Source: Convolutriloba macropyga
Lineage: Eukaryota
Assembly (NCBI RefSeq): GCF_964194025.1
Contig: NC_134473.1
Location: 70,060,001-70,124,000, forward strand
Direction of reading: 5' to 3'
DNA: 64,000 nucleotides
The notes below the pieces were generated by a model. That model was not told the DNA's origin. It saw only the letters and a program-made list of their open reading frames with translations, and did not search any database. Made by a program: the position numbers and the translations under genes. This document shows positions 36,500-50,850 of the stretch, one piece after another. Position 1 is the stretch's first letter, and every line of letters starts with the position of its first letter.

Positions 36500-39400
36500 A
36501 CAATCTTTCGTCCCAGTTTCCTTTAGAACACAATTGTGTTCGGTGAACCTTAATTTCATGCTATATTGGGCTTTTTCCAGTGATTAGAACCAAAGATATT
36601 ACGTAAAAACAAAAAAAAGTGAGCCACCCAATTTAATGTTGCGAGAAACTTGTTTGCAACGCTCAGTTTATATGACTAACAATTCCACTTCTTAATTTCA
36701 GTAGCTTGCGAGATTGTTTGCTCAAAAAAATTTCAGAGCTGGAGAATGAAAGAACATCTAACAAGTTACGGTCGTTACAGTATTGCGAGATTTGTAATAA
36801 TTTTTCTTTATTTTTGTCAGTTAAAAAGAGAGTCTGCTGAACCCACAGGAAATTACGCCAGTTGTTTCAATTGTAATTTTTTGCCGTGGTCACTAAACAC
36901 ACAAAAAATGACCCCATTAAAAAGGGTTTAGAATTTTTAAGGATAAAGTTTTCAACGTATATGTAGCGCACTCAATAGTTATAGGCCAAAAATGCTTCTT
37001 CAATATTTCAAAATCTGCGGGTCTTTTTCTCGTCCCAAATTCCATTAGAACACAAGTCTGTTTTGTCAATGATAGTATCATGCTACATTGGGCTTCTTTC
37101 AGTGATTAGAACCACAGATATTACTTGTTTTCAACGCTCATTTTTAGTGACTGACAAGTTTCATATTTCAGCAGCTTGAGAGTTTGTTTTGCGCACAACA
37201 GATTTCCGTGCTGGAGAATACAAAAAATTAACAGGCTACCGCCGTTACTCTTGTGTGAGGTTTGTACCATTTTTTCTTAGTTTTTGTCATTTTAAAAAAA
37301 GGTTTGGTAAGCTCAAAGGACTATACATGAGTTGTTCTAAATATAAATTTAAGCCATGGTCACCAAGCAGCCAAAAGTGGTCCCATCAAAGAGGGTTTTA
37401 AACATTCCACTGATGATGTGTTCAAAGTATATGTAGCGAACTAATAGGTTTAGGCTCAAAATGCTTCTTCAATACTCCAATGTCTATGGGTCTTTTTCTC
37501 ATCCCAATTTGCTTCAAATTAGAAATCTGTTCTGTGAATGATAATTTCATGCTACATTGGGCTTTTTTCAGTGATTAGGATTTAAGATATTACGTAAAAA
37601 CAAAAAAATGGGTTAAAGTGGGCTACCCAAATTCATGTCAAAAAAACTTGTTTTCAACCCTCATTTTGGGTGACTGACAGCTCCACCTCATGGTAAGTTT
37701 CATATTTCAGCAGCTTAAGAGTTTGTTTTTGCAAAACAGATTTCCGAGCTGGAGAATAAAAAAGAATTCAACAAGTTACCGTCGTTACCGTTTTGTGAGG
37801 TTTGTACCATTTTCTATTTGTTTTTGTCATTTTAAAAAAGGGTCTTGTAAGCTAGATCAAAGGGCTATACATAAGTTGTTCTAATTAAAAATTTATGCCA
37901 TGTTCACTAAACAGCCAAAAGAGGTCCACTTTAAAAAAAAGAAACATTTCACGGATGATATGTTCAAATTATATATAGCGACCTAATAAGTTATAGGCTC
38001 AAAAAGCTTCTTCAATACTCCACTGTCTATGGGTCGTTTTCTCGTCCCATTTTGCTTTAAATTACAAATCTGTTCTGTGAATTATAATTTCATGCTACAC
38101 CGGGCTTTTTTCCTTTTCAGTGATTAGAATTTAAGATATTGCGTAAAAAAATGGGGTAAAGCGGACCACCCACATTCATTTCGCAAAAAATTTGTTTAAA
38201 ACACTCAATTTGAGTGACTGGCAACTCCATTTTGTAGAAAGTTTTATTTTTCAGCAGCTTGAGAGTTTGTTTTGTGCAAAAAAGATTTCAGAGCTGGAGA
38301 AAAAAAGTGAAGTTACAAAGTTACCGTGGTTACTGTTGCGTGAGATTTATACCATTTCTCTTTGTTCTTGTACTTTAAAAGGAGAGTCTGGTAAGCTCAG
38401 GGGACTCTACGTTAGCTGTTTTAAATGGAAATTTATACCATGGTCCCTAAACACCCAAAAGTGGTCCCATTAAAAAGGGTTTTACACCTTTCACGGATGA
38501 AGTGTTCAAAGTATATGTAGCGAACTAAGGAGTTATAGGCTCAAATTCTTCTTCAATACTCCAATGTCTATGGGTCTTTTTCTCATCCCAATTTGCTTCA
38601 AATTAGAAATCTGTTCTGTGAATGATAATTTCATGCTACATTGGGCTTTTTTCAGTGATTAGGACCAAAGATATTAAGTAAAAACGAAAAGATGGGGTAA
38701 AGTGGGCCACCCACATTCATGTCGCAAAAAACTTGTTTTCGTCGCTCATTTTGGTTGACTGACAACTCCAACTCGTAGAAAGTTTCATGTTTCAGCAGCT
38801 TGAGAGTTTGTTTTTCGCAAAACAGATTTCCGAGCTGAAGAATAAAAAAGAATTCAACAAGTTACTGTCGTTGCCGTTTTGTGAGGTTTGTACCATTTCT
38901 TCTTTGTTTTTGTCATTTTGAAAAAGGGTCTGTTACGCTCAAAGGATCATACATGAGTTGTTCTAATTAGAAATTTTTGCCATGTTCACTAAGCAGCCAA
39001 AAGAGATCCACATTAAAAAAGGGTTTTAAACATTTTACAGATGATGTGTTCAAAGTATGTGTAGCGCACTCAAGAGTTGTAGGCTCGAAATGCTTCTTCA
39101 ATACTCCAATGTCTATGGGTCTTTTTGTCCCAATTTGCTTCAAATTACAGATATGTTCTGCGAATGATAATTTCATGCTACATTGTGCCTTTTTCAGCGA
39201 TGAGGACAAAAGATATTACGTAAAAAAAATGAGGTAAAGTGTGTCACCCACATTCCTGTTGCAAAAAAACTTATTTTCAACGCTCATTTTGGGTGACTGA
39301 CAACTCCAACTCTTAGAAAGTTTCATATTCCAGGAGCTTGAGAGTTTGTTTTCAGCAAAACTGATTCCCGAGCTAGAGAATAAAAAAAATTCAACAAGTT

Positions 39401-42400
39401 ACTGTCGTTGCAGCTCTGTCAGGTTTGTACCATGTTTTCTTTGTTTTTGTTATTTTAAAAAAGGGTCTGGTAAGTTCAAAAGACTATACATGAGTTGTTC
39501 TAATTAGAAATTTATGCCAAGTTCACAAAACAGCCAAAAGAGGTCCACATTAAAAAAGGGTTTTAAACATTTCACGGATGATGTGTTCAAAGTATATGTA
39601 GCGAACTAATAAGTTTAGGTTTAAAATTCTTTTTCTATACTCCAATGTCCATGGTTCTTTTTCTCATCCCAATTTGCTTTAAATTACAAATCTGTTCTGT
39701 GATTGATAATTTCATGCTACATCGGGCTTTTTTCAGTGATTAGGACAAAAGATATTACGTAAAAACGAAGGAATTGGGGTAAAGTGGGCCACCCACAATC
39801 ATGTCGCAAAAAACTTGTTTTCAATGCTCATTTTGGGTGACTGACAACTCCAACTCTTAGAAAGTTTCATGTTTCAGCAGCTTGAGAGTTTGTTTTTTGC
39901 AAAACAGATTTCCGAGCTGGAGAAAAAACAAGAATTCAACAAGTTACCGTCGTTACCGTTTTGTGAGGTTTGTACCATTTTTTCTTTGTTTTTTTTCATT
40001 TTAAAAAAGGGTCTGGTAAGTTCAAAAGACTATACATGAGTTGTTCTAACTAAAAATTTATGCCACGTTCACTAAACAGCCAAAAGAGGTCCACATTAAC
40101 AAAGGCTTTTAAACATTTTACAGTTGATGTGTTCAAAGTATGTGTAGCGCACTAAAGAGTTATAGGCTCAAAATGCTTCTTCAATACTCCAATGTCTATG
40201 GGTCTTTTCCTCGTCCCAATTTGATTTAAATTACAAATCTTTTCTGTGAATGATAATTTCATGCTACATTGGGCTTTTTTTCAGTGATTAGGACAAAAGC
40301 CATTACGTAAAAAAAATGAGGTAAAGTGTGTCACCCACATTCCTGTTGCAAAAAAACTTATTTTCAACGCTCATTTTGGGTGACTGACAACTCCAACTCT
40401 TAGAAAGTTTCATGTTTCAGCAGCTTGAGAGATTGTTTTTCGCAAAACAGATTTCCGAGCTGGAGAATAAACAAGAATTCAACAAGTTACCGTCGTTACC
40501 GTTTTGTGAGGTTTGTACCATTCTTTCTTTGTTTTTGTTATTTTAAAAAAGGGTCTGGTAAGTTCAGAAGACTGTACATGAGTTGTTCTAATTAAAAATT
40601 TATGCCATGTTCACTAAACAGCCAAAAGAAGTCCACATTAAAAAAGGGTTTTAAACATTTCACGGATGATGTGATCAAAGTATGTGAAGCGCACTAAAGA
40701 GCTATAGGCTCAAAATGCTTCTTCAATACTCCAATGTCTATGGGTCTTTTCCTCGTCACATTTGATTTAAATTACAAATCTTTTCTGTGAATGATAATTT
40801 CATGCTACATTGGGCTTTTTTTCAGTGATTAGGACAAAAGATATTACGTAAAAAAGAAAAAAAAATGAGGTAAAGTGTGTCACCCACATTCCTGTTGCAA
40901 AAACTTGTTTTCAACGCTCATTTTGGGTGACTGACAACTCCAACTCTTAGAAAGTTTCATGTTTCAGCAGCTTGAGAGATTGTTTTTCGCAAAACAGATT
41001 TCCGAGCTGGAGAATAAACAAGAATTCAACAAGTTACCGTCGTTACCGTTTTGTGAGGTTTGTACCATTTTTTCTTTGTTTTTGTTATTTTAAAAAAGGC
41101 TCTGGTAAGTTCAGAAGACTGTACATGAGTTGTTCTAATTAAAAATTTATGCCATGTTCCTTAAACAACAAAAAGAGGTCCACATTAAAAAAGGGTTTTA
41201 AACATTTTACGGATGATGAGATCAAAGTATGTGTAGCGCACTAAAGAGTTATAGGCTCAAAATGCTTCTTCAATACTCCAATGTCTATGGGTCTTTTCCT
41301 CGTCCCAATTTGATTTAAATTACAAATCTGTTCTGTGAATGATAATTTTATGCTACATTGGGCTTTTTTCAGTGATTAGGACAAAAGGTATGACGTAAAA
41401 ACGAACAAATTGGGGTAAAGTGGGCCACCCACAATCATGTCGCAAAAAACTTGTTTTCAATGCTCATTTTGGGTGACTGACAACTCCAACTCTTAGAAAG
41501 TTTCATGTTTCAGCAGCTTAAGAGTTTGTTTTTTGCAAAACAGATTTCCGAGCTGGAGAAAAAACAAGAATTCAACAAGTTACCGTCGTTACCGTTTTGT
41601 GAGGTTTGTACCATTTTTTCTTTGTTTTTGTCATTTTAAAAAAGGGTGTGGTTAGTTCAAAAGAATATACATGAGTTGTTTTAATTAAAAATTTATGCCA
41701 TGTTCACTAAACAGCCAAAAGAGGTCCACATTAAAAAAAGGTTTTAAACATTTTACGGATGATGTGTTCAAAGTATGTGTAGCGCACTAATGAGTTATAA
41801 GCTCAAAATGCTTCTTCAATACTCCAATGTCTATGGGTCTTTTCCTCGTCCCAATTTGATCTGAATTACAAATCTTTTCTGTGAATGATAATTTCATGCT
41901 ACATTGGGCTTTTTTTCAGTGATTAGGACAAAAGATATTACGTAAAAAAGAAAAAAAATGAGGTAAAGTGTGTCACCCACATTCATGTTGCAAAAAACTT
42001 GTTTCCAACGCTCATTTTGGGTGACTGACAACTCTAACTCTTAGAAAGTTTCATGTTTCAGCAGCTTGAGAGATTGTTTTTCGCAAAACAGATTTCCGAG
42101 CTGGAGACTAAACTAGAATTCAACAAGTTACCGTCGTTACCGTTTGTGAGGTTTGTACCATTTTTTCTTTGTTTTTGTTATTCTACAAAGGGTCTGGTAA
42201 GTTCAAAAGACTATACATGAGTTGCTCTAATTAGAAATTTATGCCAAGTTCACTAAACAGCCAAAGGAGGTCCACATTAAAAAAGGGTTTTAAACATTTT
42301 ACGGATGATGTGTTCAAAGTATGTGTAGCGCACTCAAGAGTTATAGGCTCAAAATTCTTCTTCAATACTCCAATGTCCATGGGTCTTTTTCTCGTCCAAT

Positions 42401-45400
42401 TTTGCTTTAAATTACAAATCTGTTCTGTGAATGATAATTTCATGCTACATTGGGCTTTTTTCAGTGATTAGGACAAAAGATATTACGTAAAACGAAGAAT
42501 TTGGGGTAAAGTGGGCCACCCACAATCATGTCGCAAAAAACTTGTTTTCAATGCTCATTTTGGATGACTGACAATTCAAACTCTTAGAAAGTTTCATAGT
42601 TCAGCAGCTTGGGAGTTTGCTTTAAGCAAAACTGATTTCCGAGCTGGAGAATAAAAAAAATTCAACAAGGTAGTGTCGTTGCCGCTTTGTCAGGTTTGTA
42701 CCAGGTTTTCTTTGTTTTTGTCATTTTAAAAAAGGGTCTGGTAAGCTCAAAGGACTATACATGAGTTGTTCTAATTAAAAATTTATGCCATGTTCACTAA
42801 ACAGCCAAAAGAGGTCCACATTAAAAAAGTGTTTTAAACATTTTACGGATGATGTGTTCAAAGTACGTGTAGCGCACTCAAAAGTTATAGGCTCAAAATG
42901 CTTCTTCAATACTCCAATGTCAATGGATCTTTTTCTTGTCCCAATTTGATTTAAATTACAAATCTGTTCTGTGAATGATAATTTCATGCTACATTGGTAT
43001 TTTTTCAGTGATTAGGACAAAAGATATTACGTAAAATTGACAAAAATGGGGTAAATTGGGCCACCCACATTCATGTCGCAAAAAACTTGTTTTCAACGCT
43101 CATTTTGGGTGACTGACAACTCCACATCTTAGAAAGTTTCATATTTCAGCAGCTTGAGAGTTTGTTTTTCGCAAAACAGATTTCCGAGCTGGAGAATAAA
43201 AAAATTCAACAAGGTACTGTCGTTGCCGCTTTGTCAGGTTTGTGCCAGGTTTTCTTTGTTTTTGTCATTTTAAAAAAGGGTCTGGTAAGCTCAAAGGACT
43301 ATACATGAGTTGTTCTAATTGAAAATTTATGCCATGTTCACTAAACAGCCAAAAGTGGTCCCATTAAAAAAGGTTTTAAACATATCACGGATGACATGTT
43401 CAAATTATATATAGCGAACTAATAAGTTATAGGCTCAAAATGCTTCTTCAATACTCCACTGTCTATGGGTCTTTTTCTCGTCCCAATTTGCTTTAAATTA
43501 CAAATCTGTTCTGTGAATGATAATTTCATGCTACATTGGTCTTTTTTCAGTGATTAGGACAAAAGATATTACGTAAAAACGACAAAAATGGGGTAAAGTG
43601 GGCCACCCACATTCATGTCGCAAAAAACTTGTTTTCAACGCTCATTTTGGGTGACTGACAACTCCACCTCTTAGAAAGTTTCATATTCCAGGAGCTTGAG
43701 AGTTTGTTTTCAGCAAAACTGATTTCCGAGCTGGAGAATAAAAAAAATTCAACAAGTTACTGTCGTTGCCGCTCTGTCAGGTTTGTACCATGTTTTCTTT
43801 GTTTTTGTCATTTTAAAAAAGAATCTGGTAAGCTCAAAGGACTATACATGAGTTGTTATAATTGAAAATTTATGCCATGTTCACTAAACAGCCAAAAGTG
43901 GTCCCATAAAAAGGGTTTTAAACATATCACGGATGACATGTTCAAATTATATATAGCGAACTAATAAGTTATAGGCTCAAAATGCTTCTTCAATACTCCA
44001 CTGTCTATGGGTCTTTTTCTCGTCCCAATTTGCTTTAAATTACAAATCTGTTCTGTGAATGATAATTTCATGCTACATTGGGCTTTTTTTGTGATTAGGA
44101 CCCAAGCTATTACGTAAAAACGAAAAAATGGGTTAAAGTGGGCTACCCACATTCATGTCAAAAAAACTTGTTTTCAACCCTCATTTTGGGTGACTGACAG
44201 CTCCAGCTGATAGAAGTTTTCATATTTCAGCAGCTTGAGAGTTTGTTTTTGCAAAACGGATTTCCGAGCTGGGGAAGAAAAAAGAATTCAACAAGTTATC
44301 GTTGTTACCGTTTTGTGAGGTTTGTACCATTTTTTCTTTGTTTTTGTCATTTTAAAAAAGGGTCTGGTAAGCTAGATCAAAGAACTATACATGAGTTGTT
44401 CTAATTAGAAATTTATGCCATGTTCGCTAAACAGCCAAAAGAGCTCCACATTAAAAAAGGGTTTTAAACATTTTACGGATGATGTGTTCAAAGTATATAT
44501 AATGCACTCAAGAGTTATAGGCTCAAAATGCTTCTTCAATACTCCAATGTCTATGGGTTTTTTTCTTGTCCCAATTTGCTTTAAATTGTAAATCTGTTCT
44601 GTGAATGATAATTTCATGCTACATTGGGCTTTTTTCAGTGATTAGGACAAAAGAGATTACGTAAAAACGAAGAAATTGGGGTAAAGTGAGCCACTCACAT
44701 TCATGTCGCAAAGAACTTGTTTTCAACGCTCATTTTGGATGACTGACATATTTCATATTTCATTTTTCAGCAGTTGGAGAGTTTGTTTTTCGCAAAACAG
44801 ATTTCCGAGCTGGAGAATAAAAAAGAATTTAACAAGTTACCGTCGTTACTGTTTTGTGAGGTTTGTACTATTTTTTTTGTTTTTGTCATTTTAAAAAAAA
44901 GGTTTGGTAAGCTCAAAGGACAATACATGAGTTGTTCTAATTAGAAATTTAAGCCATGGTCACTAAGCAACCAAAAGTGGTCCCATTAAAAAGGGTTTTA
45001 AACATTTCACGGATGATGTGTTCAAAGTAAATGTAGCGAACTAATAAGTTTAGGCTCAAAATGCTTCTTCAATACTCCAATGTCTATGGGTCTTTTTCTC
45101 ATCCCAATTTGCTTTAAATTACAAATCTGGTCTGTGAATGATAATTTCATGCTACATTGGGCTTTTTTCAGTGATTAGAATTTATGATATTACGTAAAAA
45201 CGAAAAAATGGGTTAAAGTGTGCTACCCAAATTCATGTCAAAAAAACTTATTTTCAAACCTCATTTTGGGTGACTGACAGCTCCACCTCATGGAAAGTTT
45301 CATATTTCAGCAGCTTAAGAGTTTGTTTTTGCAAAACAGATTTCCGAGCCGGAGAATAAAAAAGAATTCAACAAGTTACCGTCGTTACCGTTTTGTGAGG

Positions 45401-46640
45401 TTTGTACCATTTTCTTTTTGTTTTTGTCATTTTAAAAAGGGTCTTGTAAGCTAGATCAAAGGACTGTACATAAGTTGTTCTAATTCGAAATTACAAATCT
45501 GTTCTGTGAATGATAATTTCATGCTACATTGGGCTTTTTTCAGTGTTTAGGACCAAAGATGTTACGTAAAAACGAAAAAATGGGTTAAAGTGGGCTATCC
45601 ACATTCATGTCGCAAAAAACTTGTTTTCAAACCTCATTTTGGGTGACTGACAGCTCCACCTCATGGAAAGTTTCATATTTCAGCAGCTTAAGAGTTTGTT
45701 TTTCGCAAAACAGATTTCCGAGCTGGAGAATAAACAAGAATTCAACAAGTTACCGTCGTTACCGTTTTGTGAGATTTGAACCATTTTTTCTTTGTTTTTG
45801 TTATTTTAAAAAAGGGTCTGGTAAGTTCAGAAGACTGTACATGAGTTGTTCTAATTAAAAATTTATGCCATGTTCACTAAACAGCCAAAAGAGGTCCACA
45901 TTAAAAAAGGGTTTTAAACATTTCACGGATGATGTGATCAAAGTATGTGAAGCGCACTAAAGAGCTATAGGCTCAAAATGCTTCTTCAATACTCCAATGT
46001 CTATGGGTCTTTTCCTCGTCCCAATTTGATTTAAATTACAAATCTTTTCTGTGAATGATAATTTCATGCTACATTGGGCTTTTTTTCAGTGATTAGGACA
46101 AAAGATATTACGTAAAAAAGAAAAAAAAATGAGGTAAAGTGTGTCACCCACATTCCTGTTGCAAAAAAACTTATTTTCAACGCTCATTTTGGGTGACTGG
46201 CAACTCCAACTCTTAGAAAGTTTCATGTTTCAGCAGCTTGAGAGTTTGTTTTTTGCAAAACAGATTTCCGAGCTGGAGAAAAAAAAGAATTTAGCAAGTT
46301 ACCGTTGTTACTGTTTTGTGAAGTCTGTACCATTTTTTTGACTTTGTCATTTAAAAAGAGAGTCTGGTAAAATTAAAGGACTCTACATGAGTTGTTGTAA
46401 TTGAGAGTTTATGCCAAGGTCACTAAACACCAAAAAAGGTCCTCAATAGAAAGCGTTTATAATTTTTACGGATGATGTGTTCAAAGTATATGTAGCGCAC
46501 TCAAGAGTTATAGGCTCAAAATGCCCCTTCAATATTCCAATATCTTTGGGACTTTTTCTCGTCCCAATTTTTTAAAACCCAAATATGTTCTGCCAAGGAT
46601 AATTTTATATTAAATTGGGCATTTTTTCAGTGATTGGGTT
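36500..46640. repeat. Satellite array, ~543-bp unit, about 19 copies
   Basis: The marker TTCAGTGATTAG (or a variant) recurs at ~36578, 37100, 37569, 38118, 38653, 39195, 39734, 40282, 40823, 41370, 41917, 42462, 43007, 43548, 44090, 44636, 45169, 45541, 46087 and 46628. Edge units are more diverged and some units carry deletions. Confidence 0.95.
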
Positions 46641-49375
46641 TTTTTCACTGCAAATTGTATTAGAATTAGAGAAAATGAAATTCAGAATTTAACCAATTGT
46701 TTGATGATCAATTTGATCCCGCAACATTTGCAACATCATAACTAAAAAAGGAATTGGCGGCAAAACTGCAAGGTAGATAACGTGAACAGACAATGTATCA
46801 CAACTTTAAGTAAACAAATTGAAAAAAGTATGAACGATTAAGATTTGATCTTCAAATTGAAGTGAATGAAATAATCTATGATATTGAACTAGAAAGAAAA
46901 CTAAATTGTGATTAAAAAATGTTAATAAAATTAGCGCCGCAAAATGATACAATGAATTTTCCAGCTATACCACTTTATCTGGATAATTGGATGCTGTTAA
47001 TAATAAGAGGCACTTTGGTCTGTGCTTAATTGTGTCGAACTTTGCAACTATGTAGTCCGCGTCATTTGCAAAACCTATTCGCAGCATTTTGTTTTTGTTC
47101 AAGCGAAGTTTATTACATCAACATTTTTTTACTCACGTAGATGAACAATTGTCATTGTAGACGAAAATTCTTATCTGACGTACATCTATTCTGAACAGTT
47201 TTTTTAAATCGTATTTTTGCTTTTTTATTAAAGTTTTTTCGGAAGTCAATTTTTGATTCAGATTTTTTTTAATAGATTAACAATTGAATGTGAAATATTT
47301 GTAAATTTTGTTCCACTTTTTATGAGCATACCATTGGAAATTCACAACAGATTTCCGAGCCGGAAAACAGATTTCCGAGCCGGAGAATAAAAAAGAATTC
47401 AACAAGTTACCGTCGTTACCGTTTTGTGAGGTTTGTACCATTTTCTTTTTGTTTTTGTCATTTTAAAAAAGGTCTTGTAAGCTAGATCAAAGGACTGTAC
47501 ATAAGTTGTTCTAATTCGAAATTACAAATCTGTTCTGTGAATGATAATTTCATGCTACATTGGGCTTTTTTCAGTGTTTAGGACCAAAGATGTTACGTAA
47601 AAACGAAAAAATGGGTTAAAGTGGGCTATCCACATTCATGTCGCAAAAAACTTGTTTTCAAACCTCATTTTGGGTGACTGACAGCTCCACCTCATGGAAA
47701 GTTTCATATTTCAGCAGCTTAAGAGTTTGTTTTTCGCAAAACAGATTTCCGAGCTGGAGAATAAACAAGAATTCAACAAGTTACCGTCGTTACCGTTTTG
47801 TGAGATTTGAGCCATTTTTTCTTTGTTTTTGTTATTTTAAAAAAGGGTCTGGTAAGTTCAGAAGACTGTACATGAGTTGTTCTAATTAAAAATTTATGCC
47901 ATGTTCACTAAACAGCCAAAAGAGGTCCACATTAAAAAAGGGTTTTAAACATTTCACGGATGATGTGATCAAAGTATGTGAAGCGCACTAAAGAGCTATA
48001 GGCTCAAAATGCTTCTTCAATACTCCAATGTCTATGGGTCTTTTCCTCGTCCCAATTTGATTTAAATTACAAATCTTTTCTGTGAATGATAATTTCATGC
48101 TACATTGGGCTTTTTTTCAGTGATTAGGACAAAAGATATTACGTAAAAAAGAAAAAAAAATGAGGTAAAGTGTGTCACCCACATTCCTGTTGCAAAAAAA
48201 CTTATTTTCAACGCTCATTTTGGGTGACTGGCAACTCCAACTCTTAGAAAGTTTCATGTTTCAGCAGCTTGAGAGTTTGTTTTTTGCAAAACAGATTTCC
48301 GAGCTGGAGAAAAAAAAGAATTTAGCAAGTTACCGTTGTTACTGTTTTGTGAAGTCTGTACCATTTTTTTGACTTTGTCATTTAAAAAGAGAGTCTGGTA
48401 AAATTAAAGGACTCTACATGAGTTGTTGTAATTGAGAGTTTATGCCAAGGTCACTAAACACCAAAAAAGGTCCTCAATAGAAAGCGTTTATAATTTTTAC
48501 GGATGATGTGTTCAAAGTATATGTAGCGCACTCAAGAGTTATAGGCTCAAAATGCCCCTTCATTATTCCAATATCTTTGGGACTTTTTCTCGTCCCAATT
48601 TTTTAAAACCCAAATATGTTCTGCCAAGGATAATTTTATATTAAATTGGGCATTTTTTCAGTGATTGGGTTTTTTTCACTGCAAATTGTATTAGAATTAG
48701 AGAAAATGAAATTCAGAATTTAACCAATTGTTTGATGATCAATTTGATCCCGCAACATTTGCAACATCATAACTAAAAAAGGAATTGGCGGCAAAACTGC
48801 AAGGTAGATAACGTGAACAGACAATGTATCACAACTTTAAGTAAACAAATTGAAAAAAGTATGAACGATTAAGATTTGATCTTCAAATTGAAGTGAATGA
48901 AATAATCTATGATATTGAACTAGAAAGAAAACTAAATTGTGATTAAAAAATGTTAATAAAATTAGCGCCGCAAAATGATACAATGAATTTTCCAGCTATA
49001 CCACTTTATCTGGATAATTGGATGCTGTTAATAATAAGAGGCACTTTGGTCTGTGCTTAATTGTGTCGAACTTTGCAACTATGTAGTCCGCGTCATTTGC
49101 AAAACCTATTCGCAGCATTTTGTTTTTGTTCAAGCGAAGTTTATTACATCAACATTTTTTTACTCACGTAGATGAACAATTGTCATTGTAGACGAAAATT
49201 CTTATCTGACGTACATCTATTCTGAACAGTTTTTTTAAATCGTATTTTTGCTTTTTTATTAAAGTTTTTTCGGAAGTCAATTTTTGATTCAGATTTTTTT
49301 TAATAGATTAACAATTGAATGTGAAATATTTGTAAATTTTGTTCCACTTTTTATGAGCATACCATTGGAAATTCA
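45333..49375. repeat. Near-identical tandem duplication of 2012 bp (45333-47344 / 47364-49375) covering the satellite end and unique flank
   Basis: Offset 2031 (ORFs 45607/47638 and 46141/48172). Only ~3 substitutions seen. 19-nt insert at the junction. Confidence 0.95.
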
Positions 49376-49763
49376 TTCATTAGTTGTATCAGTTCATTAG
49401 ATCTGACAGTGTGTAAATCCATTGCACGCAAGGCTAATAAGTCAATAGTGGATATATCGATGTTTTCAATAATTGAGAATAAGGCTCTATGATACTTTTT
49501 TACATTAGAGGGATGATTACAAAAAAATCTTAAAAGGTTCAATCGACAAGACAACTTCCAATAGTTCATGTTCATTCATAAATCATACTACCCCCACGTT
49601 TTTTTTAACAAATTGCGACGCAATTTTAACAAAATTGTCATCTTTCGTGATTTCAAAGCTACACCTAGTTAGTTCCTGCCCACAAACACCACATTTAATG
49701 GGGGTCTCAAGTGTTCAGCGTCTGTTTTGGAGAAAAACGGCATTTGCAAGCTATGAGAAGCAA

Positions 49764-49935
49764 NNNNNNNNNNNNNNNNNNNNNNNNNNNNNNNNNNNNN
49801 NNNNNNNNNNNNNNNNNNNNNNNNNNNNNNNNNNNNNNNNNNNNNNNNNNNNNNNNNNNNNNNNNNNNNNNNNNNNNNNNNNNNNNNNNNNNNNNNNNNN
49901 NNNNNNNNNNNNNNNNNNNNNNNNNNNNNNNNNNN
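49764..49935. other. N-run (assembly gap or masked tract) next to the LINE 5' end
   Basis: 172 consecutive N. Confidence 0.95.
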
Positions 49936-50128
49936 TGAACAGTCGGTTGACCATTAGAAGAATGACTTTTTCAAACGTTCTAAACTGCGCAATCTGAGTT
50001 TCATCCGAGATTGATTTTTGACATGACAATTGAGCTTATTTCAAATTTACTTAGAGTTTTTTTTTTCACTTATCATTATATTGCTTAGTTTCTTATACTG
50101 TGAGTTGTGTACTGGATCGAGTTGTGTA

Positions 50129-50850
50129 ATGGAGTGCTCTGGAACGAGTCCTTCTGCAGGTTCTGCAAATGCCGTTAGTAATGCCGAAGAAGAGGTAAGA
50201 AGTCTGTCCAATGAAGTTAGGGATCTAAAAATCCGAGTCGGACAACAAGAAAAAATTATTGCTAATTTAAAAAACCAACAGCAAAACATAAATAATCGCT
50301 TACGTGCACAGGAGAGGTACTCTAGGAAGAACAGTTTACTGATAGTTAACCCTCCCTTCGATGCTAACAGGGTTCAGAACGTTACCAGCGAAACGCTCAA
50401 ATTTTTTCAAAATTATCTGGGTGTGAAAATTCAATACGATGCTATTAAAGCATGCCATGTTGTGCCAAGTACTGTTAACAACATAATGCCGACTGTCATA
50501 TGCAAGTTTCTGTATTTTGAGGACAAAACAATGATCTACAAAAACGCAGAGCACTGAGAAACAAAAAAAATCAAACAAATAGCAAAAATATCTATTTGAA
50601 CGAGCCCTTACCGGAATGCGAGGCAGCTATCAATGCCGAAGCTAAACGACGCGACTTAATAACCAGCACAAACGACTGCGTGGTTTCAGTGTTAGTAGAC
50701 AATGGTAGAGGAAAAAACGAATTTGTCAGAGTTACGGAAATTGACGAGTTAGATAATCTTAACGTTATCAAACAAAAAAGAAACAATTGTGACGACGAAG
50801 ACGAATTTTGCCCTGCTTCAAAGAAACAAAACAAACAATCGCAAAACTAA
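50129..50850 (+). pseudogene. LINE ORF1 protein (one frameshift at the A run ~50540)
   Basis: Coiled coil, then RLRAQERYSRKNSLLI..IKACHVVP..VICKFL and, after the shift, KNIYLNEPLP. This is the typical ORF1 motif set of CR1/L2-group elements. Confidence 0.8.

Noticed and set aside
36746-48372. Many similar 60-90 aa ORFs in the satellite as a gene family
   Set aside because: Frames are broken by frequent indels and stops between units. No consistent splice pattern or known domain.
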